The notes under the pieces: model-generated
Told to the model about the DNA's origin: nothing
The model's input: the letters and a program-made list of their open reading frames with translations, nothing else
Database searches by the model: none
Position numbers and translations under genes: made by a program
DNA from: Schizochytrium sp. TIO01
Taxonomy: Eukaryota > Protista > Bigyra: Labyrinthulomycetes
Reading direction: 5' to 3'
DNA: 64,000 bases
Assembly (NCBI GenBank): GCA_004764695.1
Contig: SMSO01000014.1
Location: 119,648 to 183,647 of the forward strand
Part shown: piece by piece, positions 19,922-34,613 of the stretch
Numbering within the stretch: the first letter of the stretch is position 1
Layout: the number at the start of each line of letters is the position of its first letter

Positions 19922-22600
19922 CATGGTCGACTTAAGCATCATTAGCTACAGAAAAACTTTTTTCTTATAGGGTTTTTACATGCATCCCCTAAAACCAAGT
20001 ATGATTGAGTCTAAATTGATGATTACAAGACAAGTTCACATAGCCTCGTCCAGGTGTATCGGGCACAGATCAAGTATGTCTTGGTCTCCCAATTACAACA
20101 TTAAGTCAGTCTGCCTTGGAATTCCAAGGACAGTAGATCTCTAACTCCTTCTAAGGCCGTCAGCAAGTCTATTATTACATTCATCATCATAGTCAACCTC
20201 TAGCTTACCAGGTTCATCTCTTAGCAGTGCGAGCAAGTACAACTAATCTGAATTGGTAAATGCGTAGGGGCTCCAACTGATGGCTTGTGAAGATGTGGAA
20301 GCGTTCTAGTCGACGGTATGAGAGACTCAAAGCGAATGATTCGTTTTCACCTTTAAACACTGCGTAGATTATTATCAGACGAACTCAGATTTGATGGTTG
20401 AGGATCAGTGCGAAGACTATAGCTCGTGAGATATCAGTAATTCAAAACCAAGCCCATGATGCTGTATATGGAAATCTAGATTGGGTGTGATAAATCTTCA
20501 GCCGAATCTCTTTGCCTTCGTTCATTATTCACTTATAGTCAAGTCTCTTTAAATCTGGAGAGATCTTCATTCTTGGAGAATTTCGATTTGTTTAAGATGA
20601 CGAAGGCAAACTAAAGAGAGTTCATCGAAGTCCTCAATCATCCGCGTTGAAGAAACATGTGAACAAGAGTTCTTGACGTATCGTGATGAATCCTAACGAA
20701 TTCGAATTTGCAAGAGTAGAATCTGAATTGATGGTTGAGCAAATGAAGTACTCCAACCTTCGTCCAAGTATATGTCCTAGTTGACTAAATTTGATATAAG
20801 TCAGTCCACCTTGATATTAGATTCCTAATGTCACTAGGTTATAACCTTTAGGAGTTAAAGTTGCCCCCTCCTTCCAGGTTACTGTTACCGGAGGTCCGTG
20901 CAGTTATAATGCGTACCTATGCCTTCCTAAACCTTCATCGTGTTTCCCAACAATCTTGACTTTGAGTTTCTAGTCAACCTAATCAGAAATTCGCTGTTGG
21001 CAAGGCGAGTCGAAGCTAAACTCCGTAATCATGAATAAAAACCATAGAAGATGCTTGCAGCTTACTGATTTGAACATTGTTTTTTCTAAAATAGACCTTA
21101 AAGGACTTATGTTGACAAAGTTTGGCTTTGATACCAATTCGTGGGGACTATCAGCTCTGGGTGTTGACTAGCCCAGTCGTGTGGAATGTCGATATTAATG
21201 TGCCAACCACGCAGCTTTGAGTTAACTAGAACGCATTCACATGATCTCAGCAGTGACCTTCCACTTGCAAAAAACTATCAGTGCCCCGTTTTAGTGTTCA
21301 ATACATTTACATGGCCTGAGATCAGCAATCGAAAGGCAATGCAGCCTATCAAATAAAGAAAGACTAGATGCAAAGATGTATAGAAGAGAAGGTCGAATTT
21401 GGAGGGTGAAGGTGCATAAATCGACACATAAATTCAATAGTATGTATTGAGTAGAATTTTGATATACGTAACTTAAAAAGCTGATCGTGAAGGGGGGTGC
21501 AGTCATCTTGTCTATAGAAGGTGTATTCAATTCCAACACATTGAACTAATTTGTATCACTGAGAAGTTGATGAAGTCTTCCAGGTATTCTTCATACATAA
21601 TCCTCGGATCGTAGTTGCAAACAGAGCCACATCGCGCGTATTAACTTTCACATACATGTTTTCATATCAGAAAGGTTCACTATATTATGTCTGCATCTAT
21701 TCTGTTGTTTGAAGGCATTATCTAAAGTTTATAGCGAGTATGAACTTTATAGTTGATAACCGTGTAACAAAGGAATGGTCTAAAAATAATAATCAATGAT
21801 TGGCATGCTGTAGTGACGAAGGGTTGCGAATTCAAAATATCTTTACTTTTCTGCTTCCATAATCTCATACAGGATGTCTTCATATTCTCAAGATGCCAAG
21901 CTGGAAGTTACTAAAGTCTGTCTTTCAAATTTAAAATCTCTTTGCTTAATACAGTAAATGGAGCTCATATCTGGCTGATGCAAGCTATAAACAAAGGTGT
22001 GAGCACATGCTTTAATGCTTAGACGAAAGGAGTTTGAATTCACAGTGGAGCAATTAAACCAGAAAAACCACGATTTCACTCAAACAAAATTCTAATTGAA
22101 GAAAGCTGTGCAGATCCAACATTAAATAAACGCATCCACATAATACATCGCAAAGTTGATACATTTCTTGACTGTATAAGTGTCGTTCGTGTGAAAGGCC
22201 GAGAGATGTAAGGACTGGAGGATCGATCGTAATCTCTAGATGGCAAGTCTAACTCATCTAGTAACTTCAACATCTAAAATGTACACCTTGGCAAAACGAT
22301 GCTTTTTTCCCTCCAAAGATTAAGGACTTCGTTACATACCTGGCTGAGGCAAATGTAGCATTGCGAGTAGATGGTTGCTGCTTGATTGAATTGCTAATCT
22401 TAATAACCCCATATTGATAGCACACCAATATTTAAACAAGCATACTAAAGCTTTTAAAGATACTTTGGGTTGGAGTAAGTTGGATAGGGCAATATTTGCT
22501 TGAAAAAACTCATCATTTGAATATAGTAACAATATTTTCTGCCAGTCTGTGTAATATACTATGATACAAAGTGTCAGAAAGCGAAATAAGGTCATGCGCA
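19922..22600. pseudogene. Decayed coding-like DNA, right flank of the YR element
   Basis: Stop-interrupted frames, e.g. + strand IMVDLSIISYRKTFFL*GFYMHPLKPS... and SFKSGEIFILGEFRFV*DDEGKLKRVHRS...; continues the frame of the left flank. Confidence 0.35.
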
Positions 22601-23090
22601 TGGTAAGGCAATAGAGGATTTTGATGAATCTCTGTGAATATATTACGAAAGCTTCGAAAATTTCAATTTAAAAATAAGAGCGCGCCCGTATTTTTGTTTC
22701 TATATATGCACTTAGACTAAATTTTGGGCTTAAAGGAATCATATTTCTTCGACCGTGAAAAAAATATCCACAATTTGAATTTCAGGTATTGCTGCTGGTT
22801 TTCAGAGGGTTGACATGGGTTAGATTTATAAATTGAAATGACCATGATTAGTTCGCTCGCTCTTCTTTTTTTTAGCATCCAGTCGGTAACATCTAAATAG
22901 TTTAATTAGTAGGTGAGTTCACAGGCGCTTTCACTACAACAAGCAATCAATGGGATACAACTTTATTTCAATAAATATTTTACATGGTCCTATTCACCGT
23001 AGTAGTAATAGGTATGTCATCGTTGAATTAAGCCCAGAGTTACTTTCATTAGCAATTCTTTGACTTGAGCTAACATTATCACTGGTGCAG

Positions 23091-23177
23091 ATTACTGCTA
23101 CTGCTATTACTGCTACTGCTATTCCTAATATTACTGCTACTGCTATTACTAATGCTGCTATTCCTACTACTACTACT
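23091..23177 (+). repeat. Degenerate triplet repeat (ATT/ACT/GCT)
   Basis: ATTACTGCTACTGCT units repeated with variation. Confidence 0.7.
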
Positions 23178-26100
23178 CGAGTAGTTAGAAGTGAAGGTAC
23201 ACACTATAATCTATACATCTATTAGAACAATTTGACCACCAGATTAGTGATTGTTGTGGCCTGAGGATTTATAACTTAATAACCCTGACTAGTAAGAGCT
23301 TCCAAAGAACTAGCAGGAGTAAAACGTAATGTTGATGCTGATAATGGCAATATATGTATTACCAAGACTTATTTGCAAGATCAACAATGATTGTTTTGGC
23401 TTGAGTTTTTATTATAATTAAATATGTATATATTATCAAAAAAAAGATAGAAGAAGAAGGAGGTTTTGTCCATTAAAAGCAGAACAAAACAGTATATTAC
23501 CCTGTTTGATTTGCTTCAATGAAATTCTGAAGCTTGAGACAACATGAGATGAATGATATGTAAGAGACACACACACCATCTAGATATACCTCTCATCCCC
23601 TTTCATGATCTTATTCTAATTTAAAAAAGAAAAAGAAAAAGAAAAAGAAGAAAAGTCAATAAAAGGATTATAGGCAAATATAGATGAAAGCACTCTAAAA
23701 AACAACTGCTTCAAATCTTTTTGTTTGGGTAAAAACTTTTGAAAAGCTAAACCAAAATCACTCATTTTGAGAAGAAAATATTAGATAGAAACCCTCTTAA
23801 GCCAGAGGTAATAAGTCACTCGCTGTAAAACCCCTAAAAAGACGCTTGTAGGTACTGCTAGTCAAAACAATCACTTCGGTAATTAGGAGGTATCTTTTCG
23901 CTAGCTAGTCAAATAAGTAAGTCAAAATATAATAGAAAATAGAAAATTTTAAAATCATTGGGTATCCATACTTTCAGTAGATAGGTAGGCACGGCATTCT
24001 CACTAGTCAGAGGTAATAAGTTAAAAAGTCTCTAAAAATTGATAGATAGATACGCAGGTAGATAAGCGTACTATGGAAGATACCGAATAAAACTTGTTGC
24101 TTTATTTAAAAAAGAAAAAAGAAAAAAAGAAGAAGATGAAACCATAATACAACTTGAAGATATTAGTACTTGCTTGTTACTATTAGGTAATTATGACGAC
24201 ATAAAAATTATAAATAAAGCCTCCTCTCTTGCAGTAGGTATAAGCCTGGGATTGAACTCTTCGACGCTTATGAAATTTGAAAATTTGAAATGGATAAATA
24301 AAGAAAGTAATCAAGAGAGAAAAAGATTGATGAATGCGGAAGCATGCCTTCCGTATCTCTTTCCTTAACGAGCCACAACTATTTAGGGTACTACCTACTC
24401 AAATAACGCAATCTCCTACCCTGTTTAAAGTGAAATAAAATCCTCACTGCTCATGGAAGATGGGTCTTTCCCTATTAAAAAGCTTATTTAAACACCCCCA
24501 ACGCCGCCAAAGCTGCGAAATTTCAAATTAGCATGAAAATATTTGGGCTCATTTTGTAAAGAAGGAGTAAGAAAGGTTCTTGAGCAGTTTCAAGTTTTCC
24601 TCTGGTTGAGTGGGTTCTTCGAAGTACACCTATCTTGAAAACTTGTCCTCATGATTTCTTGGTTTGTCGTTCCTTTCAGATGTCTTTTAGTAATATACAA
24701 AGAGCCATCGGATTCTCGTTTCAACGCTTTCAGGCTGAGATTCATGAAGAAGAGCACGTCGCAAATTCCTATTAGACTTTTTACGAGGCCCTTCCCTCGT
24801 AGAGACATCTATCTTTAGTCCCTCCAGGATTGAGCTTTCAAAAAACCCCAAAACACAGAGGGTAGCGCATCAGTCATAATTTTAGGCATTGCCATATTTA
24901 CCGGGTGAGTATGAGTAGCTGCATTCGCATCTGTTTTCAAGTTAAGGCAAGGAGTTTTTCATTTCTTTAAATTGGTATATATATAAAATAAACATGTCAT
25001 AGGGACAATAAAATCTTCATCCTGGAATACTCCAACAACCGACAATACAAGGTATTTTAGGTATGTTTTTATGCACTAATTCTATTTGTATTTTAGCCAC
25101 CTTTACCGGTCAGGGAGATACTTTTACCAATTTCTTTGGGCCCAAATCCTCGCCTCTAAATTGTGTAAAATTTCGAAGAAACAATTTGCTGGTTAGGATT
25201 AGGTACGCAGACCTTTAGGAGGACTATAAAACAAGAAGCAATTCGCCGCGTTACATTTGAAGAAACTATTTATGTCTTCAGGTTCTCCATTCTGATTTCT
25301 CTAATTAAAAACAGAATTTAACCTTGTTAATCGGCTGTCTGTAGTAGGCTCAATACTTAGGTTTCGTTGTGTCTTGGCCACCATCATTGATGCAGCAGCA
25401 GGTGAGACTATATAATATAACGAGGTGTTCGAGTTCCGAAGCAAGCCTTTCTTTTGCCTCTATATTTATATTTTAGTACTAGCGAAAACAGGGAGACACC
25501 GTGACCTATGTTGTGGCCAGAACGCAGACATTAGCCAATATAGTATACCTCGTTCTCATTGCATGGAATCCTCATCCTTTTCTTTCATTCCAAAAAAAAG
25601 TGGCTAGATACTCATACTACCTAATAGTTTATTTCATTCAATCATTTGTTTAATAAAAAAAAGTAGACCATTTTTTTGTGTGTGATAGAAGCTCCTAATG
25701 AATATTTAGGATCCTTCCAAGGAGTCGAATTTCAAAATTGGAAAACTTTTTCAAGAGAGAGAAGGCCCCCCTAAGGTAGGTAGGAGCTAGTGCTATTCTA
25801 AAGATAGAAAGAGTGAAGTGAGTCAGGCCGAAACAAAACAAAAGAGAGGCTCTTGCTACAAGCTGACTCTGACCCCTGCCGGCGGCGCTAACGAGTGGGT
25901 GGCGCTTACGAATGACGCATATGAGTGGCGGTGGTTCCAGGCAGCAGGCGACTCTTATGGCTTTGTTTTCAAGGGGTGCTGAGTCACGATCTCGGGTAAA
26001 GTCGACAGCTATGTTGAGATCTTCTTCCCTGCTGCGCTGCAAGTGTTTATTTGCACGCACACAATTCGATTGAAGAAGTTGAACTATATATAAAAAACAT

Positions 26101-29100
26101 CAGTCTCTGTATATTCCGAAGATATTTGCTCATTGTTGGTGGGTTATTTTACTGGTTCTTCTGCATCTAGCTAGAGCAAGTACTTATGTTAAAGCAAGGA
26201 AGCACAAATTCTTAGGCCTACAGCTTGAAAGCTGATCGTAACTTGAGTACCTAAGTCCAACGTTTGATAGGATTAAATGACCTTGGTTGACTGCTCTTTA
26301 GTATCCAAACCGTCAAAACACTATCAAAGGGCCGGCCACTCACTCACTCATTCATCATAAAATAGGCTTTCCTCTCCACTCAGAGACTCACTCGCTCACC
26401 CACACATTCACCCCTTAATAAAGCTTTTCTGAAGCCAACTTTGAGTAATTAATTAATTGACCATCAAAAAAACTCAATATCAAAACTGAGTCGGTGAATG
26501 AATAGCCACTGATTGAGGTGAGTTCTTTGTTGTCCCTGCCTCCACCATGCTGTACTTGATCTCGGTCCTTCCTTTCCCCACCGTTGGCTCAGCTTGGCTG
26601 GCTGGCTGATAGGTATATAAACACCAAGGTACCTAAGCTAGTAAGTTAAGTAGAGGGTACCTCAGTGCACGACAAAGAGAACAAGCAACAAACCAAACAA
26701 TTTCTTTCGCTTTCGGGTTTTTCTTTGGTCTCATACCTTTGGAGGCTGGCTGCCTATCTGACAGTCTGACGGACAGACAGACATACAGACAGACAGACAG
26801 ACACTCTGAGCGGTAGCGCACTGGAAATTGGGATTGAGGGAGAGAGTGAGTGGAGAGGAGGAGATGAGAACATCAGGTTTCTATCCTCCTTTGACGAGTT
26901 ATTGTCATTGTGTGTGTTGCATAAGAGTCAATTCTTAGAATGATTTAGTAAAGTTGGCGAGTTTTTCGTCCATTTATCCGTCAGCAGAACGTCAGTACGA
27001 GCGGCATTGCATTCATTACATTGTCGACCTGTGGAACCACTCAAGTTCCTTGTGTAAAATGGAATTCCTCCTTCCCTCCCTCCCTCCCTCCCTCCCTCCC
27101 TCTCTCCCTCGTTCCCTCCCACTTCTTCGCCTCGTTTGTTTGATTCTAACTGCAATTCATCATAATAAAATGATTAAAAATAGCATGTTCGTTTTTAAAT
27201 ATGGTGAGGAGTCTGAATTTATTATGCAAGGACTGAAGTTAAAAAGGATATCTTGAATTTGAAAAAAGCTTGTAAACTAAGACTCGGATGAAGAATACGT
27301 TCAGGCGAAACGGATCAATTAGATTAAAGTAATTCATTTCCCAATAGTTAGATGCCCCTTTATTGGTAATATAAAAGCTATTCCAAGGTAGTGAGAACTT
27401 AGCGTTATTAAAAAAAAAAAAGTAAAAGAAGGAAGATTTAAAAGGAGGATATCAACAATTATATCAGTCATCAGGGCGGCACCCTAGTTGATCAGGTATG
27501 CCTATTATAGTAAGAAAAGTAGTAAAGCAAAGCTTTTGAGAATTAGCCGTGTTAGGTTTATAAACATCCTCGAGAAAGGAAAAGAAAAAAACAAAGTCCT
27601 TATTAGACATTACATTGTCACCTGGCAAGAACCGCAGGATCGCTGTTGTGCATTTCCAAGATATATTCTTCATCTTCTTCGTCCTCGGCCGCAGGAACTA
27701 AAGGCTCAGTTAATTGGACGTGGCGCAGCATAACATACCCATCATCATGATGGGTTGGTTTTCATGATGAATGAGTTCTAAATCATCCTGACGTCTTGGT
27801 TGGTCGGCGCAGTCGATTGGCCACGAGAGGGCACGACTTCAAAAGGCAGTTCCACGAGCCTAGCTTACTCTAGCGCTAATGGGCAATAGTAGATACAGTA
27901 AAAAGTCGTGCTTATAAGTACACATCAGAACTTGGGGATCTCTGTTTCCCTTCAGGAGCGGTGGTCCTCCTGCTAGTTCTATTATGTTCGCAGAACCATC
28001 AGCCTCATCCGTGTCCTGTCCGCTTTCTGCGCGTCAGCTCAAATGAGCCGGGAGCTTTGGACGGGGTCGCAGCGAGAGACTTGAGAGAGCTTTTCTGGCG
28101 GGAATCCGCAATTTGCAAAGCCGCACTCCAAAAAAAGCCAACTTTTCCAAACACGGATATAACTTGAAGTAAAAGCTAGCCAGATTTCTAGTTTGCTTCG
28201 CCAAGGAATCTACAATTAGCTTGCTATGAATCGCTATATACATCTATAAGCGATTGCCGATTTCAAAGAAATCATCGACGATGATGAATGCACATCTCCC
28301 GCCGTGCGCTACTGGACTCTTACTGCCTGTAGGTGGCAAATACTTCATTCTACTTATTTAGACTAGGTAATGATCCCACAGATTTTTTTGGAAAGGCTTG
28401 TCATAAATTAAATTCTCACATTGACGGAAGCCAAGATACTGTTGCAGGAATGTATTTTTTATCAAGGTACTTACGTAGTACCTTGGTTTATGACAGGAAG
28501 AGTTGTAATACTACTACGCTCATTCGATTGCTCCCAGTTGCACCACGGATAAAAACAATGCGTCCTGGTGCTTTTCGTCCAAATCTCTATTATAATTTAC
28601 ATTAGTGGTTAAAAAATAAATTTTTCAACGCGAACTAAATTAATGCGACAGCTGGGGGAGGTACATAGTAGGCAATTAGATAGCGGTAAGGCTGTCCGTG
28701 AGGAACTGCTCAAAGCCTGTAAATGGCGAGCTTTTCATTTTACTCCTGATACAGCGCGCATGTGTTTCCTTCTTACTTTTTTACTCTCTAACTCTTCCAT
28801 CGGAAAGTGTTCCTAATTTCTTCTTTCTTCCTAGTGCTACTTAGCTCTGCTGCTGACTCACACTATAGCCCAACAGCGAAAGTTTATCAAAGTGTATCTT
28901 TCTTCCTCAAAGTTATAATCCCGTAGTAAAACAAAGCAAAGCAGTAGTCCAATTAGAAAAGACGACTAATCCCTGTCTACGAATGATCGAGGGAGCATAG
29001 GTACTAGAAGCACGAAACCTCGTAGTAGGAAGGGAGGGGGCGAGGTCTGCCTGCTTTCCTTCAAGTTCTTTGAAGCCAGCTGTGCTATCTATCGGGTCTA

Positions 29101-31226
29101 CCCACTCCCCAGGCAGGCTTTCACTGGAACTCCTCCTCCTCCTCCTCCTCGGCACAGCTCATCTGCTGTCATGGGCCTGGTTTAGGTGTTCAAAACTCTG
29201 GCGCAATTCTCCTCAAACTCGTGATTCTGTATTCGTTCCCGATCTCTGCACTGCGGTTTTTGCATCATTCCTTTTTTCGAGGTCGTCACGTCCATAAGTT
29301 CTCGATGCACGGCGGCTATCTTCAAGAAGGCGCCTCTTGAACGCTCCTTTTTATGCATCATCGATCGATAGGTGTACCTTCGCTTCTAAGAAGCGATTCA
29401 TAAGGTACCTACGCTGTACCTACGCACCTTTGAAGAAGAAGCGATTCGTAAGGTACACCTACCTATCTACCTACTACGCGCACCCAAGGTTTCTGTCTTG
29501 CAATGTTCAAAAGTAATTCGGGGTGGAGTGTTTTTATATTGGCTTGGCACAATCTAGCAGTACCTTGGTGCCTACTTAGGTTGGTAGTAGTCTCACTAAA
29601 TACAAATGCAACTTTCAAAGTTTATTTTTTAACATTTTCGATTTTTAAAATCCAAAAAGCATTTGCATATTAAGTGTAACATGGCATTAAGTAGTGACGT
29701 TTTGCGGAGCCCACTTGTTAGTTCGCATGACGGTGGTTTCAAAACGGTGTTTCAAGAACGTCTCCCTTGCTTTCTATTTTTATTTAATTTTTAAAATAAA
29801 TAGACCAGCTTTGATTTTTCTTTTCTAACTTTAAAAAAAAAAAAAGTTTGCAGACAGGGAAACAGAAACAAACAGAGAATTTGAAATGTCAAATTCTGCG
29901 AGCCTTGTACTCTCTCAAATAGTTCAGAATGTCTTTACGTTTGGCAAATAACCGAGTTTCCTTTGCATGGCTGAAGAAGCAGAAACGTTGTGATTTGCGC
30001 AAGCTTGTGCGAAAAAGAAATCTACCTACCAGAAGAGGAGCTGGAGTCCTTGCCTTCTAGTATGATTCTGCCACTAACCACACTGTGCCAAAATCAACTA
30101 TGCTTCGTCGAAAATAATCTCAGCGCACAGTACACAAACCAATAAAAACAGGAAGAATTATAAGCCGCTTCCACAGTGCTGCTGGGATTCATTATCACTT
30201 TTTCTTTTTCATAAGTTCTTATCTTCCCACTAGTTTGCAGCCGCTCATCTTTAAGCATTTTTATCCTCATTTAATATCATCTAGGTGGCGTAGGTAGGCC
30301 ATTGTAAACAACAGCAAGCATGCGCAAAATCGAACGACTCAAGCAATGACTTTTCTAATTAGACCCTTACTAAGTTGGTGGTAGGGGTTTGAAAACGAAT
30401 GATACCAAGTCTTCTCAGTCTTACTCCAGAGAACATAAAATCTTTATTTACTCAGCAATCACTCATGAAATCATCATTGGCTAGCATACCCAGGTATCTC
30501 CAACTACAAAGGAGGTGAAGCCTGCAAAAGTGGAACAAACCATACGCACGCATGCACGCTCATTACTTTCCTGGCCACCAAGGCCAAACGAAGAGCAATC
30601 GGACTCTTCTTTTTCACCAAAGAATCAAGACCTCTCCGCCTCGTTTAATTTAACAGAAAATCTACCTGCTTCTTTATAACAACAAATTCAAGAAACGAAT
30701 CGGGACTGTTTCACAAGAACCACAACCCTCCCCGGGTAGGTTAGCATAGCATTTCAACTATTCCCTTCGTACCGAGCATGCATCGGGATCCTCAAAAGAC
30801 TCTCGCCAGCATGGAAAGAGTTCTGCCAATACTGATATACGCACAGCAAGCAAGCTAGCAAGCAAGCAAGCAGTAAGTAAGTAAGTAGTGTCTTTCAATT
30901 CTCCACTTACCTACTCCCGCCGTGGCGAGTAGAGTAGAAAGAACTATCAGAGCTAGCACTAAAGAGGTACTTAGGGCGCTTTATACATACGATACACAAA
31001 ACAAACGAACTGGCCAGTCTCATGAATGAAGCGCCTTTCGCTACTATCATGCACAACTCGTAATAAAAGCGAAAGCCAAAGAAACGTGATTCTCTCTCTC
31101 CTTCACCTTGTCCTGCTTTTTGCTCCATCACTTGCAGCTTGCCTTTTTAGCAGCAGCCAAAAAGCTGATTCATTAAAGATTGGCGCAACGAAACGAAGGA
31201 AGCTCCCCCGAGTATCAAGAAACGCT

Positions 31227-31259
<33 letters not shown>
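31227..31259 (+). repeat. (CAG)11 microsatellite
   Basis: Perfect CAG run in apparently non-coding DNA. Confidence 0.9.
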
Positions 31260-31264
<5 letters not shown>

Positions 31265-34200
31265 AGACCAAGGCCAGGAACCAGGCTTGAAAACGGTGGT
31301 AGGTGCGTACTGCCTCTGCGTCCTGCTTGCTTGTTTGCGTGCGCTTTCTTGCCCGACTCTGGCGGCCTGCTCCACTTATTATACACATTCGGGCCCCGCA
31401 AGGCCTCGCTTGGGCTTAGCTTCCGCCGACCCCGCAAGAGAACGATTGATCGATCGAGCGAACAAACGAACAAACGAACAAACAAACGAAATAATAACAA
31501 TAGTAATAATAGTAATAATGCTAAAAGAATCCTGAACAAAATTAAACAAAATAAAGAAAGAAAGAAAACAAAGAAAAATAAACAAAATAAACTTTTAAAA
31601 AAATAATAAAAGAATCCAAAACAAAACAAAGAAACCAATCCAAGAAGAATTCTCTTACGTTTGCATAGGAATGAGCAAGCCTGTTGAGGTGACACTTATA
31701 GCTGCTTGGCTAGGTAGCAAATTAATAAGAAACTAAACTAAAGAAAAAGAAAAGAATAGAGTCATTTTAATAGTCATGCTGCATTCCCCCAATTGGTAGC
31801 AAAACAAGTTAATCATTTCTTCTATCGTAGCACTAGCTATCTAGCTTGCCGCACCTACCCACTTATACCTACCTTCATGTTAGTTAATTTCTTTTTTGCT
31901 TTAAACAGAGCAGTTAGAAGGATAATTAGTTTTCAGTTCGCTGAGTATAAAATCAAATTCTGCAAACCAACAAAATGGTCAGACAGTTCACAGGCATGCA
32001 GAAATACATTTTGACGCGGACTTGTACTCCCTCTAGAGCAAGACTGATCACTTTCAAAGTGTTGCATTCTCATTCTTCACGTTGTCGTTATTATTGTAAG
32101 ATTCGTACTTGAAGATAGATAGAAGTTGTCGAGGCCACATGGCACTTGCTTGCTTCAGATTCCTTTTGAGCGACAGGCAACTTTTTTGCACGGCTAGGAA
32201 GTAGGGATTGATTTTAGGGATATTCATTCAAAGACAGCCAAGAAACACGAAGAGCTTAACATCAATAGCTAGTTAGTGAGTTGACTTACTACGCGAGTAC
32301 TGCTGGTACTGGTTCAGAGCTGGCGACGATGCCAGCAAAAGTTGACGGAGCTGCCCTGGTGAGGGTCCTTGGTAGCGAGGAGGGCTTGGAAGCGGCCTCC
32401 CTCAGTCAAAGTGTCAGGTTGCGCAGCTTTAGCTACGTGCTGCTTCTGCTTTGGGTGTTGGAATAACATCATTTCACCCAGTGAGTCAAAGCAGAAGCGT
32501 TGGAGACAGAGAGGCCTTTTTGTTGAATTTAAAAACACCCCCCCAAAGCGACAAGTTCATAGAAACGGAGAACTTGAACCAATTTGCAGCCATGCGAGAA
32601 AGAGAGTGGACGAGGCAAGGCTAGCGCACCGAGCAGCTCCACTTTCATTCAGGTGACCAGGCGGAGGGAGCTGCGGAAGTAGTATAGCACTCACCACCAA
32701 CATCAAATCTTAGAAGATTGAAAAAATCAAAACCTACATACCTGCCACCACATCCCCACTCTTTTCTGCGAAGCCTTCATAGGGACCTGCAGTAAACCTC
32801 TTGGAATGATAGCTGTGCCCCGTCTGAAACCTGTGAGCAAGGCGCTTTGTACTTACCTCGCCAATACATTTTCTTTTACTTTCTTTCGAAAAGTTCTCGA
32901 CGCTTCGTGCAGCATGCATGACGTGTATAGATTTCTTTGTTACTCTGGAAAAGTTTTTATTTTAAATGTTTTTTTTTTACTGCCGATCGAAACCAAGCAA
33001 AGCAAATAAAGCGAGTTCTCTCAAAATAAATACTTGTTTTGAAAAAGACAAAGAAGAAAAGAGGGAAACAAATTTTCGACAAACACTACGATGAATAACT
33101 TCTTCATTCTATTTGTGAATGTTGAGAGAAAGAAGTTCTGCGCGAATGAATAATCAAATACACGGCGACGAGAGAGAGAAAATAAGCTCTGTTGCATCAA
33201 GTAGCGACTCGTGGCCGGCCTCACGCTCATTTGCGCCTTCAATGAATTAATCCCGCACTGAGAAGTGCCGGCCTTTGAGCGAGCAGCCTTGCGTGAACGG
33301 CGCTGGAGCCACTGTGCTGGCTGCTCGAACAAGCGAGCGAGCGACTCACATCGAACCGGCAGGAAGACAGACAGCGTTTGAAGCGCATGAGACAGACTGA
33401 CTGACAGACAGACAGACAGACAGACAGACAGAGTCAACTCAAAGCAGCTTTTACTTTTATAGGCCGCCTGGTCGCTTTAGTTTATCTACTTATTATTATG
33501 ATTATGATTGTTATTAAACGTTTTTTTTAAAGTGAGGGGAATAAAGAAACTTTACAAAGGAGGAGGGGAAGAGAGCTGTTTTGTTGGTTCTTTGGATTTT
33601 GATTCACAACTCTGCAGAGCCAGTCATCAAAATTTAGAGAAGTATTTTAATTTGTAGAATTTATTTTGCATGGTACAATTGTGTAATAAAGCTGATTTAA
33701 ATATTTTGTTTTCCAATTATAAAAAGGGAAATGAGTTTTCATAAGTGAGTAAACGAATATCGCCAGGAATACATTATTCGAGTTAGATAATCGTAGACCA
33801 GTGTGAAATGAAAGGAATAGCTTTGAAGGCACGCAATAAAAGCTTTTTCCCCATTTCACTTACACTAGTACTCCTTGTGCCTTGCCGCAAACAATAAAGA
33901 GTAAAAGAAAGAAAAGAAAACAGACATTCACAAGACAAGGAAAGCAAATGAAACCAACACTTCCTTCCTTCTAACTAAATACAATCAACGCCACAGGGCA
34001 GTACTTAGTTCAGATATTGAGTAAACGACAGCACTAATTGTTAGTCGAGAATGCATGCTTTCTCTCTATTCTCGAAATATAATAAAATAGAAAAATAAAA
34101 TTTTGAAAATATGCCATGTTTTCAATCAAAAAGTCTAGCCACACTATCCTCAACGGTGGCTAGTGCTGTGAAACTCAATCAAAGTATTTATGTGCCTTTC

Positions 34201-34613
34201 GCTGCCACCTGCTTCTTCCTGTGCGTGCACTCTAAGTTGTAGTAAACAATCAACTCGAAAAGCAAGGAAGCAAGGATTGATTTATGCCGCTGACTGCCCT
34301 TCCCATGAATGCTGCGTATTCATAGAGGAGCAGGGACCGGTGGCGCGTCGCGAGCAGGCATGCGCAGGGATGAGGATCTCGAGTAGCTACGCGTTACCCT
34401 ATTTGGACAGACGTCGAGGACGAGTGCACTTTGAGCGAGAGGATCCGCCTGGCTAGGTACCATCATTCTTTCGGCACTCACTGTGATCAGACCGAGGTCT
34501 AACTAGCTAGCTTGTGCTTGCTTGTTGATGCTTGTCTGTCACGAGTACGGAGCCTTCTAATATTAAAAATAATCGGATGGATGTGGATCTATGCTTCGTA
34601 GAGTGCTGCTCAC

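Noticed and set aside
31026-31695. 169-aa and 182-aa ORFs with poly-Q / poly-A
   Set aside because: Produced by the CAG microsatellite and A-rich low-complexity DNA; no domain or codon bias.
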